Sequence record: MW598459
Reading direction: 5' to 3' (one strand)
DNA from: Escherichia phage vB_EcoM_RZ
Length of the DNA: 64,000 nucleotides
Shown piece after piece: positions 37,675-50,458 of this stretch; position 1 is the stretch's first letter, and each line of letters opens with the position of its first letter. The position numbers and the translations under genes were made by a program. The notes beneath the pieces are model-generated. The model searched no databases and had not been told where the DNA came from. It was given only the letters and a program-made list of their open reading frames with translations.

Positions 37675-38613
37675 ATGGCAACTGAATCATACAACCCGAA
37701 ACAATTAAAAGATGCAATCCTTCGTCGTCTTGGTGCTCCAATCACGAATATCGAAGTTACGACCGAACAGGTTTATGATTGCATCCAGCGCGCATTAGAA
37801 TTATATGGCGAATATCACTATAATGGTTATAACAAAGGTTATCAGGCTTTTTATATTGGCCATGATGAAGTTTCACAGCAGAAATTCCGCGATGGCGTTT
37901 TCGATTTAAAAGGACGTAATATTTTTGCAGTAACGCAGATTATTCGTACTAATGTCGGTTCATTAACTTCGATGGATGGTCAAGCTACATATCCGTGGTT
38001 CACAGATTTCGTTCTGGGACTGGCCGGGATTAACGGTGGAATGGGTAGCTCATGTAACAGCTTTGGTCCAAATGCTTTTGGTGCAGACCTTGGTTATTTT
38101 ACACAGCTTATGCAATACCGTTCAATGATGCAAGACCTGATGGTTCCGCTGCCAGATTACTGGTATAATGACGATACTGAACAACTTAAAATTATGGGCA
38201 ACTTCCGTCAGGGAGATGTGATTGTAATTGAAGTTTACACCAAATCCTTTAATGGTGTTGATGCAATGGCCAGCAATACAGCTGGATATGGTTTTGCTTC
38301 GGCCGATTGTGATAATCCGTGGAATGCTGGTGCACAGTGGGATAACCCAGCGCGCAGAATAAGCGGTATGAGAGCCGGTGAGGACCTTGGACTTCAAGAT
38401 GGTGCATACAACAACCGTTGGGTGAAAGACTATGCCACGGCGCTCGTTAAGGAAGTTAACGGCAACGTATTGGCTAAACACCAGGGGATGATGATGCCAG
38501 GTGGTACCACGGTTGATGGTGTTCGTTTAATTGAAGAAGCTCGTATGGAAAAAGAACGGCTCCGCGAAGAACTTGACCTGCTGGATGCACCCGCTGGAAT
38601 ACTAATTGGGTGA
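37675..38613 (+). CDS. 13: neck protein gp13
   Basis: 312 aa (T4 gp13 309 aa). Confidence 0.8.
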   Translation: MATESYNPKQLKDAILRRLGAPITNIEVTTEQVYDCIQRALELYGEYHYNGYNKGYQAFYIGHDEVSQQKFRDGVFDLKGRNIFAVTQIIRTNVGSLTSMDGQATYPWFTDFVLGLAGINGGMGSSCNSFGPNAFGADLGYFTQLMQYRSMMQDLMVPLPDYWYNDDTEQLKIMGNFRQGDVIVIEVYTKSFNGVDAMASNTAGYGFASADCDNPWNAGAQWDNPARRISGMRAGEDLGLQDGAYNNRWVKDYATALVKEVNGNVLAKHQGMMMPGGTTVDGVRLIEEARMEKERLREELDLLDAPAGILIG

Positions 38614-38616
38614 TTA

Positions 38617-39252
38617 ATGGCTACTTACTATAGACTTTATGTATCAACATTTGAAACATCTAATGGGATAATGGTATATGGCGGTAAACGCCATTCACAT
38701 TATGAAGATTCTAAAGCGGATAGTTATTTCGGTTCTGGTACTATTGTCAAGCGAGCTAAACAAAAATACGGAAGGAAATGTTTAGTCGACATTACATGGT
38801 CTAAACCTTTTGAATCGCCTGCCCTATTAAAAGAAGCCGAAGCCTTACTAGTCAGTGAGCTTTTAGAAAGTTTTGATAATTGTGCAAATTTACATCCAAC
38901 AGGGGGAGGCGGACCAGAAGGTTATAGTTGTCCAGAAGATTCCCCTGCCTTTGGTAAAAAGAGAACAGCAGAATCAAGAAAACGAATGTCAGACGCAGCA
39001 AAACAAAGGGAATGGTCAGAAGAAGGATTAAAACGTCGTAAAGAATCAACAGCTCGAATGTGGATTGATTTTAAGGACAGACATCCAGATTTTTCTGATG
39101 ATAAAAATCCGGCCGCGCGTAAAATTATTACAGGCGACCTAGAATTTTGTACCGGAAGAAAATGTGCAGAATATTATTCGATAACACCGGCGACGGTCAT
39201 TTACAGATGTAAAAGTACAGCCGAAAAATGGAAATTATGGAATTATGCGTAA
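38617..39252 (+). CDS. GIY-YIG homing endonuclease (Seg-like) inserted between genes 13 and 14
   Basis: 211 aa; N-terminal GIY-YIG-like [32 protein letters not shown]3-like [18 protein letters not shown]; no gene here in T4. Confidence 0.7.
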   Translation: MATYYRLYVSTFETSNGIMVYGGKRHSHYEDSKADSYFGSGTIVKRAKQKYGRKCLVDITWSKPFESPALLKEAEALLVSELLESFDNCANLHPTGGGGPEGYSCPEDSPAFGKKRTAESRKRMSDAAKQREWSEEGLKRRKESTARMWIDFKDRHPDFSDDKNPAARKIITGDLEFCTGRKCAEYYSITPATVIYRCKSTAEKWKLWNYA

Positions 39253-40033
39253 TTCTTATGATGCAAGCTTATTCGCTCGGCTCGAAGATGGAACCGGGTA
39301 TGACAATACAAACTCGTCAGAGATACTCAACCAATATGTAAACTTTATGCATCATGAAAATACCCAGACTTTAGCTGATGCTATTGTTGCTGAAAGTATT
39401 CAGATGCGCGGAATGTCTCTATATTATATCCCAAGACAATTCGTTAAACCGGATTTGTTATTCGGTGAAGACCTTCAGAGTAAATTTGATAAAGCATGGA
39501 AATTTGCTGGCTATCTGGATACGTTTGACGCATATCAGGGTGATGGTTCTATCTTTAGTAAATTCGGTATGACTGTGAACGATGAAATCACAATATCGAT
39601 TAACCCTAATCTGTTTAAACATCAATGCAACGGAACCGAACCTATTGCAGGGGATTTGATTTATTTCCCTCTTGATAACAGTCTGTTCGAAATTACATGG
39701 GTGCAACCTTACGACCCATTCTATCAGGTAGGTCAAAACGCCATTCGTAAAATCACCGCGAGCAAATACATTTACTCCGGGGAAGAGCTTAAACCTGAAT
39801 TGCAACGGAATGAAGGTATTAATATTTCAGAATTCAGCGAGCTCGATTTACAACCAATCCACAATATCGATGGCCTTACAGATATCAGCGATATCCCTTA
39901 TGCTGAATCCAATGAGATTAACGCAGAAGCAGCTGAATATGTTAAACCATATTTTGTGCAGAATGGCCGTGGACTTGAGGCTCCTCCGAAGGCAAAACAG
40001 GATAGCTTTGACGATAGTTTCTTTGATGAATAA
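39245..40033 (+). CDS. 14: neck protein gp14
   Basis: 262 aa (T4 gp14 256 aa); start overlaps stop of the endonuclease ORF. Confidence 0.8.
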   Translation: MRNSYDASLFARLEDGTGYDNTNSSEILNQYVNFMHHENTQTLADAIVAESIQMRGMSLYYIPRQFVKPDLLFGEDLQSKFDKAWKFAGYLDTFDAYQGDGSIFSKFGMTVNDEITISINPNLFKHQCNGTEPIAGDLIYFPLDNSLFEITWVQPYDPFYQVGQNAIRKITASKYIYSGEELKPELQRNEGINISEFSELDLQPIHNIDGLTDISDIPYAESNEINAEAAEYVKPYFVQNGRGLEAPPKAKQDSFDDSFFDE

Positions 40034-40076
40034 ATACATTTATTAATGCGCCCGAATTGGGCGCCTGGAGGTTACT

Positions 40077-40948
40077 TTGTTTGGGCATTTTTATAATTCG
40101 TCTCTGCGTCGCTATATCGTTTTAATGGGCGATTTATTTTCCCATGTACAAGTGGCCAGAACCAGAGAAGACACTGGACTTAAATATATTAAGGTCCCTA
40201 TTTCTTATGCTTCAAAAGAAAAATTCATGATGCAGCTTGGAAAATGGACCGCTATTCAGAATACACCGACTCCTGACATGACACCACAAGAACGTGCTGC
40301 TCAGAAGGCTAAAATCGAGACCGTATTGCCCCGTATGAACCTACATATGGTTGACTTGATGTATAACGGGCAATATAAAACGGCTCTCCAGAATCACACA
40401 CAAGCGCGATTTGCTAATAACGACCCTCGCAAGCAGATATCTCAATATTCTCCTGTGCCGGTCAAAATGATTTTCGAGCTTGGAATATATACAAGGCATC
40501 AAGATGATATGTTCCAGATTATCGAACAAATCATGCCTTACTTCCAGCCACATTTTAATACAACCATCACTGAACTTTACACGAATGAAATTACATTCGA
40601 ACGTGATATAAGAATCGTATTGCAGTCAATTGCTATGGATGAGCAAATTGAAGGTGATGCAATGACTCGTCGTAGACTCGAATGGTCCATTATGTTCGAA
40701 GTTAACGGTTGGTTATATCCACCGGTCAAGGAAGTAGCCGGGGAAATCCGTACTATCTATCTTGACTTCTTTGCAAATTCCAGAGAGCTTGCACCGGAGG
40801 GCAATTTCGAATCTGTTGACTCGGAAGCTGTTCCACGAGACGTCGACCAAGAAGACTGGCAAGGTGAATCTGTTCAAACATATTCGCAGGATATTCCTGT
40901 GCCGGTTGACCCAGCACCGCCAGCCCCAAGAAAAAATAGGGTACCACT

Positions 40949-40952
<4 letters not shown>
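40077..40952 (+). CDS. 15: tail sheath stabilizer/completion protein gp15 (TTG start inferred)
   Basis: N-terminus (M)[20 protein letters not shown] matches T4 gp15 start; first codon is TTG 7 nt after GGAGG. Confidence 0.8.
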
Positions 40953-43259
<2,307 letters not shown>

Positions 43260-43288
43260 AAGTAAAGCAAACTATTAGAGGACTCAAA

Positions 43289-45268
43289 ATGGCTTTATTA
43301 TCTCCGGGCATTGAGCTCAAAGAAACAACGGTCCAAAGCACTGTTGTTCGTAACGCGACGGGTCGTGCGGCGCTGGTTGGTAAATTCCAGTGGGGCCCAG
43401 CTTTCCAGGTAACTCAGATTACAAACGAAGTTGAACTTGTTGATTTGTTTGGTGGTCCGAATAATGAAACAGCAGATTACTTTATGAGTGGGATGAACTT
43501 CCTGCAATATGGTAATGACCTCCGTACTGTACGTGTTGTTAACCGTGACGAAGCTAAAAACGCATCCCCGATTGCTGGCAATATTGAAACTACCATTGTA
43601 ACTGCTGGTACAAACTATGCTGTCGGTGATGTTATTCAGGTTAAACACAACCAGACTGTTGTTGAACCAGCTGGCCGTGTGACCAAGGTCGATGTTGATG
43701 GTAAAATTCTGGCAATCTTTATTCCTACCAATAAGATTATTGCATTTGCTAAAACTATTAATCAGTATCCTAATTTGGGCAGTGCATGGACTGCAGAAGT
43801 TACGACCACTTCTTCCGGTGTATCTGGTACCATCACTGTCGGGAAAATTGTTACCGATTCTGGCATTCTGTTGACTGAAGCAGAAAACAGTGAAGAAGCA
43901 ATTACTTCTCTGGAATTCCAGGCATCATTGGCAAAATATGCAATGCCGGGTGTTGTTGCTCTTTATCCTGGTGAAATTGGTTCGACTCTTGAAGTTGAAA
44001 TCGTATCCAAAGCTGAATTTGAAAAAGGCGCAACTGCAAATCTGGATATTTTCCCCGGTGGTGGTTCCCGCGCTTCTATAGCTCGTGCAGTGTTTAACTA
44101 TGGTCCTCAGACCGAAAACCAATATGCAATTATCGTTCGCCGCGATGGTGCAATCGTCGAAAACGTTGTTTTGTCTACTAAGCAGGGCGAAAAAGATGTT
44201 TATGGTAATAACATTTACCTGGATGACTACTTTGCAAAAGGTACTTCCAACTACATCTATGCAACATCTCGCAACTGGCCTGTAGGCTTCAGTGGTATCA
44301 TCAATCTGTCTGGTGGTATTTCTGCAAACGATAAGATTACCGCTGGTGATTTGATGCAAGGTTGGGACCTGTTCGCTGACCGTGAAGCTCTGCATATCAA
44401 CCTGCTTATCGCTGGTGCTTGTGCTGGTGAAGGTGATGCGACCGCTTCCACTGTTCAGAAGCACGTAGTTTCTATTGCTGACGAACGTCAGGATTGCTTG
44501 GCATTCATTTCCCCGCCGAAAGGTCTGTTGGTTAACGTTCCTCTGACCCGTGCAGTGGATAACCTGATTGACTGGCGTACAGGTGCTGGTGCATTTGATA
44601 CTGATAACATGAATATCAGCACGACTTATGCAGCGATTGATGGCAACTATAAATATCAGTATGATAAATATAACGACGTTAACCGTTGGGTTCCTCTGGC
44701 AGCTGATATGGCTGGACTGTGTGCTCGTACTGATGATGTTTCTCAGCCTTGGATGTCTCCGGCAGGTTATAATCGTGGTCAGATTCTGAACGTTCTGAAA
44801 TTGGCTGTTGAACCACGTCAGACCCAACGTGACCGCATGTATCAGGAAGCTATCAACCCGGTTGTTGGTTTCGCAGGTGGTGATGGTTTTGTTCTGTATG
44901 GTGATAAGACTGCAACTAAAGTTCCATCTCCGATGGACCATATCAACGTTCGCCGTCTTACGAATATGCTGAAGAAAAATATCGGTGACGCATCCAAATA
45001 TAAACTGTTTGAGCTTAACGATAACTTCACTCGTGCATCATTCCGTATGGAAACTTCTCAATACTTGGATGGTATTCGTGCGCTCGGTGGCATTTATGAA
45101 GGTCGTGTGGTTTGTGATACTACTAACAACACCCCGGCGGTTATTGACCGAAATGAGTTTGTTGCTAGCATTTATTATAAACCTGCCCGCAGTATTAACT
45201 ATATACAGCTTAATTTCGTTGCCACTAGCACTGGTGCTGATTTCGATGAGCTGATTGGGCCACAATAA
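43289..45268 (+). CDS. 18: tail sheath protein gp18
   Basis: 659 aa (T4 gp18 659 aa); MALLSPGIELKETT... N-terminus. Confidence 0.95.
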   Translation: MALLSPGIELKETTVQSTVVRNATGRAALVGKFQWGPAFQVTQITNEVELVDLFGGPNNETADYFMSGMNFLQYGNDLRTVRVVNRDEAKNASPIAGNIETTIVTAGTNYAVGDVIQVKHNQTVVEPAGRVTKVDVDGKILAIFIPTNKIIAFAKTINQYPNLGSAWTAEVTTTSSGVSGTITVGKIVTDSGILLTEAENSEEAITSLEFQASLAKYAMPGVVALYPGEIGSTLEVEIVSKAEFEKGATANLDIFPGGGSRASIARAVFNYGPQTENQYAIIVRRDGAIVENVVLSTKQGEKDVYGNNIYLDDYFAKGTSNYIYATSRNWPVGFSGIINLSGGISANDKITAGDLMQGWDLFADREALHINLLIAGACAGEGDATASTVQKHVVSIADERQDCLAFISPPKGLLVNVPLTRAVDNLIDWRTGAGAFDTDNMNISTTYAAIDGNYKYQYDKYNDVNRWVPLAADMAGLCARTDDVSQPWMSPAGYNRGQILNVLKLAVEPRQTQRDRMYQEAINPVVGFAGGDGFVLYGDKTATKVPSPMDHINVRRLTNMLKKNIGDASKYKLFELNDNFTRASFRMETSQYLDGIRALGGIYEGRVVCDTTNNTPAVIDRNEFVASIYYKPARSINYIQLNFVATSTGADFDELIGPQ

Positions 45269-45300
45269 GACTTTACTTCTGATTTAACTTGGGTTATAAT

Positions 45301-45323
45301 GCGCGTATAATATAAATACGCGC
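45301..45323 (+). promoter_or_regulatory. late promoter TATAAATA embedded in a perfect hairpin, upstream of HNH gene
   Basis: GCGCGTATAATATAAATACGCGC: 8-bp arms enclose TATAAATA (45311-45318). Confidence 0.5.
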
Positions 45324-45335
45324 AAGGATTTACAA

Positions 45336-45941
45336 GTGATTATTTCTAAATTTGTTGAAGTTAAAATACGAAATCATGCAAAATGGTGGAGTGAATACTT
45401 AGGTAAAACTCTAACATACCATGATGTAATTTCTGTTCCAGTTGAACAAATGCCAGATAATAGTAATAAAAAGATTGAGTGTTCCTGTGATGAATGTGGG
45501 GTACATTTTGAGCGCGGCATTCAGCTGCTTCGTCGTGTTGATAAACATTTATGTAAAGCATGTTCAAGAAAAGATATTGGACAAAAGAATGTTATTGCGC
45601 AAGGTGGTGTACCAAGACCATGGCAACGCGGTGAAAAACATCATAGCTGGAAGGGTAATAAGCGCGAATTCTATTTGTATGCTCAACGCGTTCATGCATT
45701 GACAAGAGCAAAACATCTAAAGAATATTTGGTCAACATGGGAAAATGCAGATAAGATAGGAAAATGTGGAGAAGATGGTGCATATCAACTTGACCACAAA
45801 GTTTCTATTGCATATGGATTTTATAATCACATACCAGAGACTGTTATCGCTTCGCTCAACAATTTAGAAATAGTCACTTGGGAATCTAATAGGTCCAAAG
45901 GAAAATCAAATAGTATTGACTTATGGGATATATTATCCTGA
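45336..45941 (+). CDS. HNH homing endonuclease inserted between genes 18 and 19 (GTG start inferred)
   Basis: HNH motif YQLDHKVSIAYGF..NLEIVTWESNRSKG plus Cys clusters CSCDECG..CKAC; SD AAGGA 7 nt before GTG. Confidence 0.7.
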   Translation: MIISKFVEVKIRNHAKWWSEYLGKTLTYHDVISVPVEQMPDNSNKKIECSCDECGVHFERGIQLLRRVDKHLCKACSRKDIGQKNVIAQGGVPRPWQRGEKHHSWKGNKREFYLYAQRVHALTRAKHLKNIWSTWENADKIGKCGEDGAYQLDHKVSIAYGFYNHIPETVIASLNNLEIVTWESNRSKGKSNSIDLWDILS

Positions 45942-45965
45942 CAGTAAATGTAATTAAGCAGTAAA

Positions 45966-46018
45966 CCGTAGAACCATTATACAATGCTATAAATAAAAGC
46001 ATATCATCGGTTCTACGG
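45966..46018 (+). promoter_or_regulatory. long hairpin enclosing a late promoter (TATAAATA at 45988-45995)
   Basis: Arms CCGTAGAACC / GGTTCTACGG (10 bp) around ATTATACAATGCTATAAATAAAAGCATATCAT. Confidence 0.5.
45977..46001 (-). promoter_or_regulatory. possible degenerate middle promoter on minus strand (antisense to HNH gene)
   Basis: Minus strand TGCTTTT(A)-12/13 bp-TATAAT-GGTTCTACGG; box differs from MotA consensus at one position. Confidence 0.25.
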
Positions 46019-46076
46019 ACTCCTCAGAGCTCCTCCAGCGACCTAAATACATTTATTGATGAATCATATTACCTAG

Positions 46077-46084
46077 TATAAATA
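46077..46084 (+). promoter_or_regulatory. late promoter TATAAATA for gene 19
   Basis: Exact TATAAATA about 50 nt upstream of gp19 start. Confidence 0.55.
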
Positions 46085-46136
46085 CATGCATCAGGGACGC
46101 GTTCGCGCGACCTGTGTCTATAAAGAGGATTCCTTA

Positions 46137-46628
46137 ATGGAGTTGACCGATATCACACGCGCTTTCGAATCCGGCGACTTTGCTCGCCCTAACCTGTTCG
46201 AAGTCGAAATCCCATTCCTGGGTAAAAACTTTGCTTTCCATTGTAAAGCAGCCCCGATGCCTGCTGGCATTGTAGAAAAAGTTCCTGTTGGTTACATGAA
46301 CCGTAAAATCAACGTTGCGGGCGACCGTACATTTGATGACTGGACTATTACGATTTATAACGACGATGCTCATAAAGTTCGTCAAGCAATTGTTGATTGG
46401 CAAAATCTGTGTCACGGTATGACTAACGAAATCACCGGTGCAGCTCCTGCTGATTATAAGAAAACCGCTACTGTCCGCCAGTTCCATCGTGATGGCAAGA
46501 CCGTTACGAAAGAAGTTGTTATTACCGGCATGTGGCCAACCAACGTTGGGGAAGTCCAGATGGATTGGGACTCCAATAACGAAATTGAAACGTTCGAAGC
46601 GACGTTCGCAATTGACTGGTGGGAATAA
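46137..46628 (+). CDS. 19: tail tube protein gp19
   Basis: Start at MELTDITRAF gives 163 aa, the T4 gp19 length. Confidence 0.9.
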   Translation: MELTDITRAFESGDFARPNLFEVEIPFLGKNFAFHCKAAPMPAGIVEKVPVGYMNRKINVAGDRTFDDWTITIYNDDAHKVRQAIVDWQNLCHGMTNEITGAAPADYKKTATVRQFHRDGKTVTKEVVITGMWPTNVGEVQMDWDSNNEIETFEATFAIDWWE

Positions 46629-46629
46629 G

Positions 46630-46637
46630 TATAAATA
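46630..46637 (+). promoter_or_regulatory. late promoter TATAAATA for gene 20
   Basis: Exact TATAAATA after gp19 stop; followed by GAGGCTTCGGCCTC stem-loop (46645-46662) in the leader. Confidence 0.55.
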
Positions 46638-46685
46638 AAGTTATTATGAGGCTTCGGCCTCATTTCCCAAACTTCGGAGACTCTA

Positions 46686-48260
46686 ATGGCAGGTTTTAAT
46701 ACAATACTAAATTTTCTTAAGCCTTGGGCTAAAGAAGATGAACAAGAATATAAGCAACAAGAAAAAAATAATTTAGAGTCAATGACCGGGCCGAAGTTTG
46801 ATGATGGGGCTCGCGAAATTGAGTCACAAGAACAAAACGTCCCGTATAATGCATTGATGCAACAGATGTTCGGGAGCAATGAACCTGAAGTAAAAAATAC
46901 CAGGGAATTAATTGACACCTACCGCAACTTACTAAATAATTATGAAGTTGATAACGCAGTGCAAGAAATTGTGTCTGATGCTATCGTTTTTGAAGACGGT
47001 AAAGATGTTGTAGCTCTTAACCTTGATGCTACCGAATTTAGTCAGAAAATTAAAGACCGAATCCTCGAAGAATTTTCGGAAGTCAATAACCTCCTTAATT
47101 TCGAGCGCAAAGGTTCTGACCACTTTAAACGTTGGTATGTGGATTCTCGAATTTTCTTCCACAAAATTATCAACCCATCAAAACTTAAAGATGGAGTTCA
47201 AGAACTTCGTCGCCTTGACCCAAGACAAATCCAGTTCATCCGTGAAATCGTTACACGCATGGAAAACGGTACAAAAATTGTCGACGGTTACAGAGAATAT
47301 TTTGTATACGATACTGGCCATGAAAGTTATTGTGCCGATGGTCGTATATATGAAGCAGGTACTAAAATAAAAATTCCTCGTGCGGCGATTGTATATGCGC
47401 ATTCTGGATTACTTGATTGCTGCGGCAAGAATATCATCGGATACTTGCAACGAGCAATTAAACCTGCAAACCAATTAAAACTATTAGAAGATGCTTTAGT
47501 CATTTATCGTATAACTCGTGCTCCAGACCGCCGAGTCTTTTATATCGATACCGGGAATATGCCGTCCCGTAAAGCAGCAGCACACATGCAACATATTATG
47601 AACACGATGAAAAACCGTGTCGTATATGATGCAACTACGGGTAAAATCAAAAACCAACAGCACAACATGTCAATGACGGAAGACTATTGGTTGCAACGTC
47701 GTGATGGTAAAGCAGTCACTGAAGTTGATACACTCCCGGGTGCACAAGGCATGTCGGATATGGACGATGTTCGCTGGTTTAAGAACAACCTATATCAGGC
47801 TCTCCGAATTCCATTATCTCGTATCCCTAATGACCAAAACAGTGGTGTTATGTTTGATGCGGGCGCGACAATTACTCGCGATGAATTGAATTTCTCTAAA
47901 TGGATTCGACAGCTACAGAATAAATTTGAAGAAGTTTTCCTCGACCCACTTAAAACCAACCTTATCCTGAAAAAAATTATTTCAGAAGAGGAATGGGAAA
48001 AGGAACTAAATAATATTAAAGTTACGTTCAACCGTGATAGCTATTTCACTGAAATGAAAGATGCAGAAATCATGGAACGCAGAATCAATATGCTAACGAT
48101 GGCTGAACCGTTTATCGGTAAATATATTTCGCATCAAACGGCTATGAAGGATTTCCTCCAGATGTCTGATGAAGAAATTAATCAAGAAGCTAAGCAAATT
48201 GAATTGGAGTCCAAAGAGGCTCGTTTCCAAAACCCTGAAGAAGAAGAAGAGGATTTCTAA
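46686..48260 (+). CDS. 20: portal vertex protein gp20
   Basis: 524 aa (T4 gp20 524 aa). Confidence 0.95.
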   Translation: MAGFNTILNFLKPWAKEDEQEYKQQEKNNLESMTGPKFDDGAREIESQEQNVPYNALMQQMFGSNEPEVKNTRELIDTYRNLLNNYEVDNAVQEIVSDAIVFEDGKDVVALNLDATEFSQKIKDRILEEFSEVNNLLNFERKGSDHFKRWYVDSRIFFHKIINPSKLKDGVQELRRLDPRQIQFIREIVTRMENGTKIVDGYREYFVYDTGHESYCADGRIYEAGTKIKIPRAAIVYAHSGLLDCCGKNIIGYLQRAIKPANQLKLLEDALVIYRITRAPDRRVFYIDTGNMPSRKAAAHMQHIMNTMKNRVVYDATTGKIKNQQHNMSMTEDYWLQRRDGKAVTEVDTLPGAQGMSDMDDVRWFKNNLYQALRIPLSRIPNDQNSGVMFDAGATITRDELNFSKWIRQLQNKFEEVFLDPLKTNLILKKIISEEEWEKELNNIKVTFNRDSYFTEMKDAEIMERRINMLTMAEPFIGKYISHQTAMKDFLQMSDEEINQEAKQIELESKEARFQNPEEEEEDF

Positions 48261-48520
48261 TGGATGATTTATTTGAAGCCATTAAATCAAACGACCTCGT
48301 AGCCGTTCGCAAATATTTTGCTGAAAACATTGGCCCAGTATGCGGTAGTTTGATTGAAGAACGTAAGATTGAAATTGCACGTTCCATCATGATTGAAGGC
48401 GAAGAGCCTAAAGATGATGAAGATGAAGACAAGGACGACGGTAAAGCAGAAAAGAAAGACAAAAAAGAATCTGATGACGCTGACGAAGGCGACGATGATG
48501 AAGATGAGGACGATGAATAA
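48260..48520 (+). CDS. 67: prohead core protein gp67
   Basis: 86 aa with very acidic D/E tail; position 20-67-68-21 as in T4. Confidence 0.7.
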   Translation: MDDLFEAIKSNDLVAVRKYFAENIGPVCGSLIEERKIEIARSIMIEGEEPKDDEDEDKDDGKAEKKDKKESDDADEGDDDEDEDDE

Positions 48521-48948
48521 TGTTTATTATCCCTGATGATTACGAATTAACTCTTGAAAACATCGAAAGTGTTTCCGAAGAAGCTCAGGGACAATTTGAT
48601 TCATTATCTGAAGCCTTAGAAAAAGACGATATAAATATTATTGTAGAAAACATGTTTGCAGCCGGTGAATACGAAAAAGCAACGGTTATCGGCGCTCTGA
48701 ATGAAGGTGTTCAGCTTAACGAATTTATCGTTAAACATGTATCGTCTCGCGGTGAGTTAACCCGCACAAAAGACCGAGCTACTCGTAAGCGTAATGCTTT
48801 CCAAACAACTGGTCTTTCTAAAGCTAAACGTCGTCAAATTGCCCGTCTGGCTACTAAAACGAAAAGAGCAAACCCATCTACGCAAATCAGAGCAGAGCGC
48901 AAGCGCAAAAAAGCTCGAGCTAAGCGTAAAGCATTCGGACTTGATTAA
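48520..48948 (+). CDS. 68: prohead core protein gp68
   Basis: 142 aa (T4 gp68 141 aa); basic C-terminus. Confidence 0.7.
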   Translation: MFIIPDDYELTLENIESVSEEAQGQFDSLSEALEKDDINIIVENMFAAGEYEKATVIGALNEGVQLNEFIVKHVSSRGELTRTKDRATRKRNAFQTTGLSKAKRRQIARLATKTKRANPSTQIRAERKRKKARAKRKAFGLD

Positions 48949-49586
48949 TGGAACAGAAACCAGAGTTACTAATCGAACACTGGGGTCAACCGGGCGAAAT
49001 TAAAGATGGTGTACCGATGTTGGAATCTCATGATGGTTCCAGCAGCGGTTTAAAGCCAGGACTTTATATTGAAGGTATTTTCCTACAAGCTGAAGTTGTT
49101 AACCGTAATAAACGACTTTATCCTAAACATATTTTGGAAAAAGCCGTTGCGGACTATATCGCCGAACAGGTTGAAACCAAGCAGTCTCTTGGAGAATTAA
49201 ACCATCCACCTCGTGCAAACGTTGACCCTATGCAGGCGGCAATTATTATCGAGGAAATGTGGTGGAAAGGGAATGATGTATATGGCCGCGCTCGTATTAT
49301 CGAAGGCGACCATGGCCCAGGTGATAAACTTGCTGCGAATATAAGAGCAGGTTGGATTCCTGGTGTATCTAGTCGTGGACTTGGTTCCCTGACTAAATCA
49401 GCAAAAGGTTATAGCATCGTTAATGAAGGTTTTAAATTGACGGTTGGAGTAGACGCAGTATGGGGGCCAAGTGCTCCGGACGCTTGGGTCAAACCAAAGC
49501 AGATTACAGAATCACAAACGGCTGTTGCCGATACCAGTGCCGATGACGCCTTTATGGCTCTCGCAGAGGCTTTAAAGGCGTTATAA
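48948..49586 (+). CDS. 21: prohead core scaffold protease gp21
   Basis: 212 aa (T4 gp21 212 aa); position before gene 22. Confidence 0.9.
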   Translation: MEQKPELLIEHWGQPGEIKDGVPMLESHDGSSSGLKPGLYIEGIFLQAEVVNRNKRLYPKHILEKAVADYIAEQVETKQSLGELNHPPRANVDPMQAAIIIEEMWWKGNDVYGRARIIEGDHGPGDKLAANIRAGWIPGVSSRGLGSLTKSAKGYSIVNEGFKLTVGVDAVWGPSAPDAWVKPKQITESQTAVADTSADDAFMALAEALKAL

Positions 49587-49589
49587 ATA
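49582..49589 (+). promoter_or_regulatory. late promoter TATAAATA for gene 22
   Basis: Exact TATAAATA overlapping gp21 stop codon. Confidence 0.55.
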
Positions 49590-49618
49590 AATGTATATCT
49601 TAACAACAGGACTACAAA

Positions 49619-50437
49619 ATGCTTAAAGAACAACTCATTGCCGAAGCTCAGAATATCGATGCTTCCGTTGCTCTCGATAGTATTTTCGAATCAGTTAATT
49701 TGTCCCCGGAAGCGAAAGCTACCTTCGGCACTGTATTCGAAGCTACCGTCAAGCAACACGCCATCAAACTGGCAGAATCTCACATTCACGCCATCGCTGA
49801 AAAAGCTGAAGAAGAAGTCGAAAAGAATAAAGAAGAATCCGACGAAAAAGCAGAGAAAAAACTGAAAGAATCTGCAGCTAAATTCCTGGACCACGTTGCT
49901 AAAGAATGGCTTGCTGAAAATAAACTGGCTGTCGACCGTGGCATTAAAGCTGACCTGTTCGAATCCATGTTCACCGGCATGAAAGAACTGTTCGTTGAGC
50001 ACAACGTTGTTGTTCCGGAAGAATCTGTCGATGTTGTCGCAGAAATGCAGGAAGAACTGGCTGAACAGAAAGAAGAAACCGCTAGCCTGTTCGAAGAAGT
50101 TTCTAAGCGTGATGCTTATATCAATTATGTCCAACGTGAAGTTGCGTTGACTGAAGCAACTAAAGACCTGACTGAATCTCAGAAAGAAAAAGTTGGTTCT
50201 CTGGTAGAAGGCATGGAATACTCTGATGCATTCGGTACCAAAATTGGCGCTATCGTTGAAATGGTTAAAGGACAGGTAGAACCCACCGACAAACCAATCA
50301 CCGAAGCCGCTATAAATAAAAATGTAGACGATGCTGCGGCACTGAATTACATTTCAGAAGCAGTTGAAGAAAAAGGCGCCAAGCCTACCCTGTCCTTCGC
50401 GGACTTGTCTGCTCTCGCAGCATCACGAATTTCTTAA
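49619..50437 (+). CDS. 22: prohead core scaffold protein gp22
   Basis: 272 aa, highly acidic helical protein (T4 gp22 269 aa). Confidence 0.85.
   Translation: MLKEQLIAEAQNIDASVALDSIFESVNLSPEAKATFGTVFEATVKQHAIKLAESHIHAIAEKAEEEVEKNKEESDEKAEKKLKESAAKFLDHVAKEWLAENKLAVDRGIKADLFESMFTGMKELFVEHNVVVPEESVDVVAEMQEELAEQKEETASLFEEVSKRDAYINYVQREVALTEATKDLTESQKEKVGSLVEGMEYSDAFGTKIGAIVEMVKGQVEPTDKPITEAAINKNVDDAAALNYISEAVEEKGAKPTLSFADLSALAASRIS
50311..50318 (+). promoter_or_regulatory. late promoter TATAAATA for gene 23 (inside 3' end of gene 22)
   Basis: Exact TATAAATA about 140 nt upstream of gp23 ATG. Confidence 0.5.
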
Positions 50438-50458
50438 TTTAATAAGGTTATACAACAC

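Noticed and set aside
43925-44941. 338-aa minus-strand ORF
   Set aside because: Lies entirely antisense within the strongly supported tail sheath gene 18; Cys/Thr/Ile-rich low-complexity translation; no start context.
49691-50134. 147-aa minus-strand ORF (and overlapping plus ORFs 49638-49865, 49786-50004)
   Set aside because: Alternative frames of the GAA/AAA-rich gene 22 region; low-complexity F/S-rich products.
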